From the UHGV virus genome UHGV-0238238: a stretch of 36,348 nt of DNA. One strand, given 5' to 3'. Within the stretch, counting starts at the first letter, position 1; every line of letters starts with the position of its first letter. Shown in pieces: positions 17,341 to 26,000 of this stretch. The notes beneath the pieces are model-generated. The model saw only the letters and a program-made list of their open reading frames with translations, did no database searches and was not told the origin of the DNA. The translations under genes were made by a program, and so were the position numbers. This stretch comes from a virus.

Positions 17341-17733
17341 CCATTAAGAGCTGCTTCTTTTAAATGAGGTAGCTCTTTTTCAGGCATCTCCTCTTCAAGA
17401 AGTTCTGCAAATGCTTCAGGAGTTTTTTTGACTTCGATCAAGCCAAATACCATATTAGAAAACTCTTTCTCTCTAGTAATGGATTTCAATACATCGAATT
17501 TTTTTATCTTTCTATCCTTATTTTCTTCGTCAAGACCTATAAACTCATCGATATATTTTTCGATACGTTCAACCCCCTGAATTTCTTCGCGCAACTCTTC
17601 TGGTTGTTCAAGAATTTTTTTTGCAGTATTCCTGATTAAATTCTCCGTATTTTCCTTCTGAATTTTGATGTCATCTTCACACTTTTTGATGCGATACAGC
17701 AAGCAATCCCATGATCGTCTTGAAACCCACATC
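17310..17733 (-). CDS. hypothetical protein, first gene of the early (minus-strand) operon; ~141 aa from ATG 17733
   Basis: RBS GAGGTGA before the ATG at 17733. A long 5-prime UTR follows the early promoter. The longer 181-aa ORF in the track probably over-extends into the intergenic region. Confidence 0.45.
17346..17380 (+). terminator. rho-independent terminator for the Cys-rich ORF (AAGAGCT...AGCTCTT + TTTT)
   Basis: Read directly. Lies inside the 3-prime coding end of the convergent minus-strand gene. Confidence 0.45.
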
Positions 17734-17811
17734 TTTCTCACCTCGCTTTCTTTTTCCCCGTCATGCCGATAGGTCAGCGTTTTTTTTTGTTTTGGTTTGT
17801 GTTGTTGCTTT

Positions 17812-17826
17812 CTTGTTGATGAACAA
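17812..17826. promoter_or_regulatory. operator-like inverted repeat CTTGTT-N4-AACAA (copy 1), abutting the -10 of the early promoter
   Basis: Read directly. Second copy at 17885-17900. Confidence 0.4.
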
Positions 17827-17855
17827 ATCATAACTCGTTTTATTTTGTTTGTCAA
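17827..17855 (-). promoter_or_regulatory. early promoter on the minus strand: TTGACA-17 nt-TATGAT
   Basis: Near-consensus hexamers read on the minus strand. Confidence 0.5.
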
Positions 17856-17884
17856 TAAGATTTTTAAAAAAATTAAATATTTTT

Positions 17885-17900
17885 CTTGTTGACTAACAAG
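17885..17900. promoter_or_regulatory. operator-like inverted repeat CTTGTT-GACT-AACAAG (copy 2), overlapping the -35 of the repressor promoter
   Basis: Read directly. Confidence 0.4.
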
Positions 17901-17917
17901 TATAATAATGATATACT
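17889..17917 (+). promoter_or_regulatory. repressor promoter: TTGACT-17 nt-TATACT
   Basis: Read directly. Followed by AAAGGAGG and a TTG start at 17941. Confidence 0.4.
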
Positions 17918-17940
17918 GATTTCAGAAAGGAGGAAGCCTT

Positions 17941-18324
17941 TTGGAATTAAATATAGGAGAAAGAATTGAAATCTTAAGAAAAGACTTAAGTATGTCCAGG
18001 AGAGTTTTTGGAGAAAGGCTTGGCGTCAGTGAAAGCGTTATTGTTAATATAGAATACGATCGCTTGAAACGCCCAGATCAAAAAGAATCCTTATATAAGT
18101 TGATTTGTAAAGAGTTCAATGTGAACGAAGAATGGTTAAGAACCGGAAACGGTGAAATGTTTATCCAATTAACAAGAGACCAGTTGATTACAGACTTTGC
18201 TGCTGATCTTATAATGGAAAATGATACATTTAAAAAAAGATTAGTAGAAGCTCTTGCAAAGCTGGATGAAAGTGAATGGGATGTCCTAGAAAAGCTCGCA
18301 GAGAGCTTAATTAAAAAAGACTAG
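17941..18324 (+). CDS. XRE-family HTH repressor (cI-like; N-terminal HTH plus C-terminal oligomerisation region)
   Basis: Helix-turn-helix (XRE-like) motif near residues 18-40. Divergent from the early operon, with operators in the intergenic region. TTG start with a strong SD. Confidence 0.6.
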   Translation: MELNIGERIEILRKDLSMSRRVFGERLGVSESVIVNIEYDRLKRPDQKESLYKLICKEFNVNEEWLRTGNGEMFIQLTRDQLITDFAADLIMENDTFKKRLVEALAKLDESEWDVLEKLAESLIKKD

Positions 18325-18332
18325 GGTTTCCC

Positions 18333-18431
18333 CTAGCCTAAAAGCTTTATGCAGAATCGGTACACAAGTTCCAACACCTCAATATTGTTGGACTTGTTGA
18401 CCAATTCGATGATAAGTTTTTTGTAGTCCAT
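18333..18431 (-). CDS. 32-aa peptide gene (MDYKKLIIELVNKSNNIEVLELVYRFCIKLLG) with its own promoter, RBS and terminator
   Basis: RBS AGGGGGAT 8 nt before the ATG. Upstream promoter TTGATT-17 nt-TATTAT on the minus strand. Hairpin CTAGGGTTTCCCCTAG + UCUUUUUU follows the stop. Confidence 0.4.
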   Translation of the reverse strand: MDYKKLIIELVNKSNNIEVLELVYRFCIKLLG

Positions 18432-18628
18432 TTCGCAATCCCCCTAACTGCAAAAACACATGTTCGAAATCCCTGAACATATAATACTATTTCAGTGGAT
18501 AAAAATCAATATTTTGTTCGAACATTTGTTCTGTTATTTTTTGGTACTTATGTACCTCTCTATTAAGTTAACAATCTAAAATCGGGAAACTTACGCGAAA
18601 ATGGACAATCGTCCCATATCTGGGACAC

Positions 18629-18826
18629 TTATTGATATGGAGAGTCGATAAGGTCAGAAATTCGGACTTTTAAGCCCTTGGCAAGCAATTCCAGCGTGTC
18701 GGCTGTCGGTGATATTTCACCGTTTGCAATACGGTTAATCGTTGATTTTGATATTCCGGTCGCAATGGATACTTGCCGGACTGATAGATTTTTCTTAAGC
18801 ATGATCTTATCGAGTAGTATTTTCAT
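18629..18826 (-). CDS. small XRE-family HTH protein (65 aa from MKILLDK)
   Basis: Helix-turn-helix (XRE-like) motif near residues 14-35. The track ORF over-extends upstream; the ATG at 18826 fits. Confidence 0.55.
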   Translation of the reverse strand: MKILLDKIMLKKNLSVRQVSIATGISKSTINRIANGEISPTADTLELLAKGLKVRISDLIDSPYQ

Positions 18827-18848
18827 AGTGGTTTTATTGTAGTATATT

Positions 18849-18880
18849 CCAGATCTGGAAACTACAGGTAAATAATGGTA
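18849..18880. promoter_or_regulatory. nested palindrome TGTAGTATA-TTCCAGATCTGGAA-ACTACA in the divergent region between the small XRE gene and the lipoprotein gene
   Basis: Read directly. Likely operator. Confidence 0.35.
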
Positions 18881-18953
18881 ATAATACGATATAACCGCTT
18901 CGGCGTTTATATAGAGTAAAGTGGTGTTGAGGTACAGGAGAAAAGAGGAAAAT

Positions 18954-19484
18954 ATGAAAAAGAAAATTGTAGCAATGTTATTAGTAGGAGCTATGGCATT
19001 ATCCATTACAGCATGTGGTGGGGATGCCGAACCATCCAGAGACGCCGAGACAACGACAGAAGCAACAACAGAGCAGAAAGAAGAGCCAAAAGAAGAAGCT
19101 CAGCCAGTGGATGACGGAATCATAGATTTTACAGCAGAAAAATTTAATGTAAAATATGTACGACATGAATTTGCGAATGATTATGAGGGAAATAAATGTC
19201 TGCTTTACTATTATACCTTTACAAATAATTCGGACGAAAACGCAACAGCTGGAATTGCTGCAAACGTACAGTGTTTTCAGGACGGTGGCGAGTGTGAAAT
19301 GGGAATTATGGCAGAACAGAACGACTCTATGAACAATTACGCTATAAATGAAGTGCAGCCGGGTGGAACGGTTGAAGTATGCCAGGTATATAAATTGAAG
19401 AGTGATACTGAGCTCACAATCGAAGCATCCGATATGATATCGTTTGACAACAAGAAGGATACTCAGAAAATCGCCGTGCAATAA
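18954..19484 (+). CDS. lipoprotein (DUF4352/DUF5067-like beta-sandwich), candidate superinfection-exclusion factor
   Basis: MKKKIVAMLLVGAMALSITAC signal peptide with lipobox ITAC, then an acidic linker. Expressed from the lysogeny region next to the integrase. Confidence 0.55.
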   Translation: MKKKIVAMLLVGAMALSITACGGDAEPSRDAETTTEATTEQKEEPKEEAQPVDDGIIDFTAEKFNVKYVRHEFANDYEGNKCLLYYYTFTNNSDENATAGIAANVQCFQDGGECEMGIMAEQNDSMNNYAINEVQPGGTVEVCQVYKLKSDTELTIEASDMISFDNKKDTQKIAVQ

Positions 19485-19522
19485 AATAAAAAACCGCCCC
19501 AGTGCTACCAACACTGAGACGG
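19483..19522 (-). terminator. intrinsic terminator (11-bp stem CCGUCUCAGUG/CACUGGGGCGG, then U-run), minus-strand orientation
   Basis: Read directly. May also serve the plus-strand lipoprotein gene weakly. Confidence 0.45.
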
Positions 19523-19665
19523 TCTACATATCCGAAGATATGCGATTGAAATCCAAGAATATTGTATCATCTTCGGAAACAGCTTGCAATCCAGAACATT
19601 CGTTCATGTGCTGGCTGTTATTTTTGTACTCGTTTTTGCATAAAATTAAATAAGGAGATGACGAC

Positions 19666-21141
19666 ATGGAAACGAAATACGCTTTTGGATACGTCCGTGT
19701 ATCCACAGGAAAACAGGATGAATTATCCCCGGATTCTCAAGCGAAGCTATTGAAAGATTACGCGAAAAGTCACGGATATGTAGTATCGAAAATCTTTTTT
19801 GAACTCGGAATATCCGGAAGAAAAGCAGACAAACGCCCAGAGTTTCAAAAAATGATCGGTCTTGCGAAATCATCCGATCATCCGGCAGATGCCATACTGG
19901 TATGGAAATTCAGCCGATTTGCACGAAACCAAGAGGAAAGTATTGTATACAAGTCCTTGCTCAAGAAAAAGCATAACGTGGACGTAATAAGCATCTCTGA
20001 ACCACTGGTAGATGGTCCATTCGGCTCTCTGATCGAACGAATTATTGAGTGGATGGATGAATATTACTCTGTCCGTCTATCCGGAGAAGTAACAAGAGGA
20101 ATGAGAGAAAAAGCGGAACGAGGTGGATACCAAGCACGCCCACCACTTGGGTACAAGATTGTATCACATAAAGAACCGCCAGTGATCGTACCGGAAGAGG
20201 CTGAAATCGTGAAGCTGATTTTTGAAAAGTATGTGCATGACGGCATGGGACTGTTTGAGATCGCACGGCTCTTGAATAGCCATAACTTTAAAACATCACA
20301 TGGGAAAGAATTTGAACGAAGGTCTATCGAATATATCCTACAGAACCCCACTTACTGCGGGATGGTGCGGTGGAATCGGACGATTAATGAATCGAAAGAG
20401 ATCCGGCCAGAAAGCGAGTGGATTATCGCTGAGGGAGAACAACCTGCAATCATTAGTAAGGAATTGTTTGATAAGGCACAGGAGCGATACAAGAGAGAAT
20501 ACCGTCCACGTGGAGCAAGACCGGTGAGTACGTACAAACACTGGCTATCTGGGATCGTTAAATGCCCAGCGTGCGGAAGAACGATGACTGCCTGCAAGAT
20601 TGAAAACAATAAGCAGACATACTGCTATTTTCGCTGTTACGGATACTCCAAGGGAAAATGTGCAGCGAAGAACTCCATAAGCTCTCTAAAGCTGGAACCT
20701 GCGGTATTGGAATCCATTAAGTCTGTATTGGATACCGGAAAAATAACCTACCGGAAGATTGAGGTTAAAACGGAAGATACTGCGGATTTGAAAACCATAC
20801 TGGAAGATCAGATCAAGAAAATCGATGTGAAATTGCAGAGAATCAAAGAAGCGTACATGAATGGAATTGATACTATGGAAGAGTACAAGGAAAATAAACG
20901 GATTGTGCAGGGAGAGAAAGACAGTCTAGAAAAACAACTGTCTGAGCTTGAAGAAGAGAAAATAAGCACCAAAAATGAGGACAATGATATGTTGATGAGA
21001 GTAAAAAATGTGTACGATATTCTCTCATCCGATTCCGTAGATGCGACGACAAAGAATGAGGTGCTTAGAAGCGTTGTGGAGAAAATTGTCTATGATCGAG
21101 AAAAAGATGAACTTAAAGTATACTACTACCACATGCCGTAA
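19666..21141 (+). CDS. int: large serine recombinase (phage integrase)
   Basis: N-terminal resolvase domain YAFGYVRVSTGKQ with catalytic Ser. Recombinase domain and zinc-ribbon CPACG...C..C follow, then a coiled-coil tail. 491 aa. Confidence 0.9.
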   Translation: METKYAFGYVRVSTGKQDELSPDSQAKLLKDYAKSHGYVVSKIFFELGISGRKADKRPEFQKMIGLAKSSDHPADAILVWKFSRFARNQEESIVYKSLLKKKHNVDVISISEPLVDGPFGSLIERIIEWMDEYYSVRLSGEVTRGMREKAERGGYQARPPLGYKIVSHKEPPVIVPEEAEIVKLIFEKYVHDGMGLFEIARLLNSHNFKTSHGKEFERRSIEYILQNPTYCGMVRWNRTINESKEIRPESEWIIAEGEQPAIISKELFDKAQERYKREYRPRGARPVSTYKHWLSGIVKCPACGRTMTACKIENNKQTYCYFRCYGYSKGKCAAKNSISSLKLEPAVLESIKSVLDTGKITYRKIEVKTEDTADLKTILEDQIKKIDVKLQRIKEAYMNGIDTMEEYKENKRIVQGEKDSLEKQLSELEEEKISTKNEDNDMLMRVKNVYDILSSDSVDATTKNEVLRSVVEKIVYDREKDELKVYYYHMP

Positions 21142-21263
21142 ACCATTGATTTTACTGGGTTTGTTGCACTTTTGTCGGTTGTTGCAAAAAGGTCAACCTT
21201 TTCTCAAGAGCGTACAATTATTTTTCTACCTATTATAAAGAAGTAAAAATGATACAATATTCA
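21142..21263. other. candidate attP region for the serine integrase (direct TTGTTGCA repeats and imperfect inverted repeat CAAAAAGG-TCAA-CCTTTTC)
   Basis: Read directly. Location between int and the lysis module is typical. Not verifiable without the attB/attL/attR sites. Confidence 0.25.
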
Positions 21264-21297
21264 CCCCTCAGAGAGCTGATCTCCGAGGGGATTTTTA
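21264..21297 (+). terminator. intrinsic terminator after int (CCCCTC...GAGGGG then TTTTTATT)
   Basis: Read directly. Confidence 0.55.
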
Positions 21298-22101
21298 TTA
21301 AATAGATGTGGTCTCTTTACTGTAAATTACCGACATGAGCCTTGCATACCATGGCGCTTTAGGACTCCACTTGTAACACGGCATGTCCTTACCATTGTTG
21401 TCCTTGTAAATCTGCTGGATGATTTTTAGCTCATCCGGATGTCCTAATGTTATTACTTTTTGACCGTCAAAATAATACACTGCACCTTTTCCCTCTACTG
21501 TAAATAAACATTTCATCTCTTCTTCTCCTTCCTGTTCGATTCCTGTATTATGGTTTTTTTGTCCGCTGCATGCAGACGCTCTACTGTCGATTGCCTTTGC
21601 AATCAGCTCCGCAATTCCTTTTGTGCCTAAATTCCGATACCTTGCTACATCATCTGTGCCGGTGCAGAATAATGTCTCCACGATCATGCCAGGCATATTA
21701 GATGCATTCAGATCATGATAGCCTGAACTGTACTTTACACCACGGTTAGCAAATCCTTTATTTGCGAAATTCTGGCAGATATTGCTTGCGATCGTGTTCA
21801 TTGTCTGGTTAGATGCATCGTATAACCACACCTCTGTACCGCCAGCTGATTCCGCTCCTGCCGCATTCATGTGCAAGGTGACATAGATATCGCATCCCGC
21901 ACTATTCGCCTTATTTGTGCCGTCAGACAACTCACCAGACACATTGGATGCGTTGGAATTACAATCAATCACAGTATGTCCGACTGCCTGTAGCATCGGT
22001 ACAAGTTCGTTGTAGATCTTCCGCACTTCCGCCTGTTCATCGATCAGACCGATTGCACCTTTACAATTTGGGGAATGCCCTCCCCTTAAGCCAATTTTCA
22101 T
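21298..22101 (-). CDS. endolysin: N-acetylmuramoyl-L-alanine amidase (Amidase_3) with a ~70-aa C-terminal domain
   Basis: The N-terminal catalytic domain has the Amidase_3 Zn-ligand pattern (H..E...H). The C-terminal domain starts at an internal Met (MKCLFTVEG) preceded by AAGGAGAA. Confidence 0.8.
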   Translation of the reverse strand: MKIGLRGGHSPNCKGAIGLIDEQAEVRKIYNELVPMLQAVGHTVIDCNSNASNVSGELSDGTNKANSAGCDIYVTLHMNAAGAESAGGTEVWLYDASNQTMNTIASNICQNFANKGFANRGVKYSSGYHDLNASNMPGMIVETLFCTGTDDVARYRNLGTKGIAELIAKAIDSRASACSGQKNHNTGIEQEGEEEMKCLFTVEGKGAVYYFDGQKVITLGHPDELKIIQQIYKDNNGKDMPCYKWSPKAPWYARLMSVIYSKETTSI

Positions 22102-22187
22102 TCTTTCTCTTCCTCCTGCTCTTCTGTTTCAAATGCTTTTTCCAGCTCCTCTACGGATACTCTGCCAAATTCGTTCTGTTCGCTCAT
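22098..22187 (-). CDS. 29-aa acidic leader peptide translationally coupled to the endolysin (ATGA overlap)
   Basis: Strong RBS AGGAGGTGA before the ATG at 22187. Its stop overlaps the endolysin ATG. Confidence 0.35.
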   Translation of the reverse strand: MSEQNEFGRVSVEELEKAFETEEQEEEKE

Positions 22188-22201
22188 GATCTCACCTCCT
22201 A

Positions 22202-22220
22202 CCGTGCGATGTCGCACAAT
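22202..22220. repeat. 19-bp repeat CCGTGCGATGTCGCACAAT (contains palindrome GTGCGA-TG-TCGCAC), copy 1
   Basis: Identical to the copy at 22502-22520, exactly 300 bp away. Confidence 0.9.
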
Positions 22221-22486
22221 TACATATCAAATTTAATGTTTTCCCACTTTTTATAAGCATCAAAGTAGATCTCATTCTTATCTCCACTGTAAGTGATCTC
22301 GTAATACATACCATCACTTACTGGCGTACTAAGCAATGCCTTGTGATTTTGCAGTGTTTTGCAATACCAAACTACAAATACATCATCTACCGTCATGTTG
22401 TCAGATGTATCAGTCTTGTCTTTATTCTGATTAAAATAATCCGCTACCTTTGCTTTGCAAATGTTTAAAAATTCCTTGCTTCCCAT
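22220..22486 (-). CDS. hypothetical 88-aa protein between holin and endolysin (lysis-module cassette gene)
   Basis: ATG at 22486 with RBS AAAGGAG. The track ORF start at 22519 would include the repeat. Precisely flanked by the 19-bp repeats. Confidence 0.5.
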   Translation of the reverse strand: MGSKEFLNICKAKVADYFNQNKDKTDTSDNMTVDDVFVVWYCKTLQNHKALLSTPVSDGMYYEITYSGDKNEIYFDAYKKWENIKFDM

Positions 22487-22501
22487 GATTTTAACTCCTT
22501 T

Positions 22502-22520
22502 CCGTGCGATGTCGCACAAT
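22502..22520. repeat. 19-bp repeat CCGTGCGATGTCGCACAAT, copy 2
   Basis: Read directly. Confidence 0.9.
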
Positions 22521-22544
22521 AAAAGAGGACGATTACTCGCCCTC
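22521..22544 (-). terminator. intrinsic terminator at the holin stop (GAGGGCGA-GUAA-UCGUCCUC + UUUUAUU; the stop codon lies in the GNRA-like loop)
   Basis: Read directly. Confidence 0.5.
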
Positions 22545-23033
22545 CTGCTCCTGTGATTTATTTGTTAAAACATCCAGTGCTTTTTTTAACGCTTCCGGAT
22601 ATTTCACACCCATAATTCCAACATTTTCTAAAATCGAGATCCCCTCATTTGCTATAAATGCCAGTACTACCGCTGTACGGATGTAGTCTACGCCGAGAGT
22701 AACATCCAATCGGTATGCAATAAGTACGATCAGGAGAGATACTCCTTTTCTGCACAAGCCTTTCCATGCAGAGTAGCTACTCAGTGCCCCGTTTTCCGAC
22801 TTGTTGCTCTTTTTCCAAAAGGCGGCAATCAGAAGTCCGAGAACAAAGTCTGCTCCCATAAAAATAAGTAATGTAGTTAAGTCCTCAGACCATCCTCCGA
22901 TCAGGTTTACAAATCCTCCAGCAATAGCTCCAAACACCATGCATAAAAACGCCTTTACATTTGCTAACTGTTCCATTTTCTTCATATCCTCACTTTCCTT
23001 TCTGTTTTTAAAGTATAAAAATAAGACCATCAT
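22533..23033 (-). CDS. phage holin (holin_4_1/TIGR01593-like, multi-TM)
   Basis: Three hydrophobic segments and a charged C-terminus. Immediately after the tail fibre gene and before the lysin. The real start may be MKKMEQ at 22985. Confidence 0.7.
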   Translation of the reverse strand: MMVLFLYFKNRKESEDMKKMEQLANVKAFLCMVFGAIAGGFVNLIGGWSEDLTTLLIFMGADFVLGLLIAAFWKKSNKSENGALSSYSAWKGLCRKGVSLLIVLIAYRLDVTLGVDYIRTAVVLAFIANEGISILENVGIMGVKYPEALKKALDVLTNKSQEQEGE

Positions 23034-23067
23034 GGTCTTGCTCTTATCTCCATATTTGCTCCTTTAA

Positions 23068-26000
23068 TCAATCATCTGTAATCCACGTGAACGTTGCGTG
23101 ACGTTCTGTCCATACGGCATTCTCCACATAAATCTTGATCCCCCCATCTTTTCCTATGCCGTATCTTCCCGTTCCAAATATGTTAGGTCCTACAACTTCA
23201 CTATAGGGAGCAAAGAAATCCACAACCGGTCGATATCCTACTGGAATTTTCACCTCGTTGAATGGCCCGTATTCGCCACTTCCTGGAAATTGTGCAAGCA
23301 TTGTGATCTTGCATGTTACCATAAATCCTCTTCTTTTTAGTTCCACGCGGATGTTATTATTGGAGTTTGCACTTGTATATGGACCTTTCACGGTGCCGGA
23401 ATCGTAATTGCGATACGCATATATGCTTATACGTGGGGATACAGAATTTCTTGCATATATCATTTCATCCTCAAACTGGATTGTCGTTGCTTTTCTTGTA
23501 TTTTCATTTGTAAACATGATGTTTTGCAAGTTCACGCTCATAGTAGCTCGATCTGTTGTCGGAGCCTTACCGGAGAAAGCCAAATACGCATTACTCAATG
23601 ACGCAACATTTTCCACTGCTCCTTGCACGATTTTCTTGCTAATAATCTTTCCGGATGTAACATCGATAAGCATTGTTCCATTCTTATCCTTAATAAGTCC
23701 GGCAGTTACAGTTCCAAGATCTGCCGCTATCGCACTTAAAGTCTGTGCGTTTAAGTTATCAACAGAAATATAATGGATCACCCATTTACTTCCATCCCAC
23801 CGCTTGATCGGCTGACCGGAGGCTGTTTGCCATAACTGGCCAACTTCAGGATTCACCGGAGCCGCAGAAGATACAATTATGCCACTTGGCCCTGTAGCAC
23901 CGGTCGCTCCATTATCACCGTATACTCCGATGATACATGGTGCTGATTGATACGTGCTACCATTTGTATAGGTAACAACTTCATAATTCCACAGATATTT
24001 TTTTGACGCCGTTATTGCTTGTACAGTTGTAGTCCATCCTGATGTGGACGCCGACACACCGCTTCCGCTTGCCGTTGCAAGATAATAATTCGTGATAGAT
24101 TTTATTCCGTTTCCAGTTACCCCTTGTGGTCCCGTTGCACCAGTTGCCCCCTGCGGTCCTTTCGGGCCAGTCGCTCCTTGTGGCCCCTGGGGACCTGTTG
24201 CACCTGCATTCCCTTGAGGTCCTTGTGGACCGGTAGCTCCTGTTGCTCCTTTGTCTCCGTATATCCCGATTATTTTTGGTGTAGTGGTCGCTGTCGTATT
24301 ATCTGTAAACGTAAATTTTTCATAGTTCCACAAGTATTTATTTGTTGCTGTCATCGTCGGAACTGATGTACTCCAACCGCTTGACGCTGTTGTAATTCCT
24401 GTTTTTGCGGAAGAAATCAAATAATATTCTGTAATGGTTTTTATCCCTCTTCCTGATGTCCCCGCCGGCCCTTGTGGTCCCGTTGCTCCTTGTGGTCCTG
24501 TAGCACCTTGTTCTCCTTTAATCTTCGCCCACTTATAAGATCCAACACTTGCAGGATCGGACTGATTGTAATCCACACAAGTACCGATATGCGTTCCCAC
24601 ATCTTCTCCGCTGTTTCCGGTAAACGTTTTTCCTCCATCATTGGAATATTTAATGTGCAGATAACTTGTCTTGCCGTTTGTGCCGTTTGTTCCCGGAATT
24701 CCCTGCGTTCCCTGGGGACCCTGGGCTCCTTGGAAACGTGACCAGGTATATTTCTTTGGATCCGTGCTATCTTCCCGTGTGAAGTCTACGTAAGTACCAA
24801 TATATGTGTTAGGTATCTCTGTCATCTGGTTAGAGGTGGTTGGATTCGATACTGCGGAATACTTGATGTGAAAATAGGTGCTCTTCCCTTTAATATTGGT
24901 TCCGCTTGGTACAGGTCTGCTATCTAAGACAGGTGCTGTCTGCTTATAATTTCCATTCTGCCATGTATATCCTGTTGGCTTAGGCGTCCAGTTGACCACA
25001 AAATCAGTCTTTACAAAATATTTACCGCCACCTCTTAAATATAATACAGGGATTGATCCATAAGTCAGTTGTGTATAGCTGGCAGGCGACACTGAACAGA
25101 ATGAATACGTGTCTGCATAAATAATACATTCGCCAGAAGTAGCTCCCCACCCAGATCCAATGGAAGCCAGATCTAAATTCACCGAGAATCCGCTAACATG
25201 TGTACTCCAGGATGGTTTTGTTCCACTATTTAAAGACACATTAACCAAAATACGATTATAAACACTCGTTGGAAGCTGACTCCCCACAACGGGATACCAT
25301 TTATTTACATCGTAAGTTTTAGTATCAGATAAGTCTATCGTTGCTGATGATCTCCAGTAGTTTACACCTGCAGCTCCAGTATCTCCTTTGGGACCCTGTA
25401 TCCCTTGTTCACCTTTGGGACCTTGCACTCCTTGCAGACCGGGAACTCCCTGCGGACCTTGTTCCCCCTGTTCGCCTTTTATTTTTGTCCATGCGTATTT
25501 CGTCGGGTCTGTAGAATCCTCTTGCGTAAAATCTGTATACTGTCCAATATAAAACTTCCCAGTGCTGTTCGAAACATCAAACCCTGTCTTTCCATCAGCA
25601 CTGTTTGCATAGGCGATATGTAAATAACTTGTTTTCCCATCTGCACCATTCTTACCAGCAATTCCCTGATCTCCTTTTACGCCTTGCGATCCTTTAAACT
25701 GCGACCAGGTATATCTTGCAGGATCTGTAGAATCTTCCTGTACAAAGTCCACATAAGTTCCAATATAAGCAGACGGCGTCTCTGTCATCTGACTGAACGT
25801 TGTCGGCTTTGCCACAGAAGAATACTTGATGTGGAAATAACTGGTCTTTCCATTCGCACCAGCTGTTCCAGGAATCCCCTGTTCTCCTTTTTCTCCTTGC
25901 AATCCTTGTAGCCCACGTTCCCCCTGTTCGCCTTTTATTTTTGTCCATGTATACTTCGTAGCATCTGTACTATCTGCCTGTGTATAATCTGTATACTGCC

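Noticed and set aside
17310-17855. 181-aa version of the first early gene as given in the ORF track
   Set aside because: Its first ~40 codons run through the promoter/operator intergenic region (poly-T tract, -35/-10 boxes). An internal ATG at 17733 with a GAGGTGA RBS is the credible start.
18999-19514. Minus-strand ORF (171 aa) antisense to the lipoprotein gene
   Set aside because: Cys/Phe-rich low-complexity translation with no start context. The plus-strand lipoprotein gene has a signal peptide, lipobox and RBS.
22220-22519. 99-aa version of the holin-lysin intergenic gene starting at 22519
   Set aside because: That start lies inside the 19-bp repeat and has no RBS. The ATG at 22486 preceded by AAAGGAG gives an 88-aa product.
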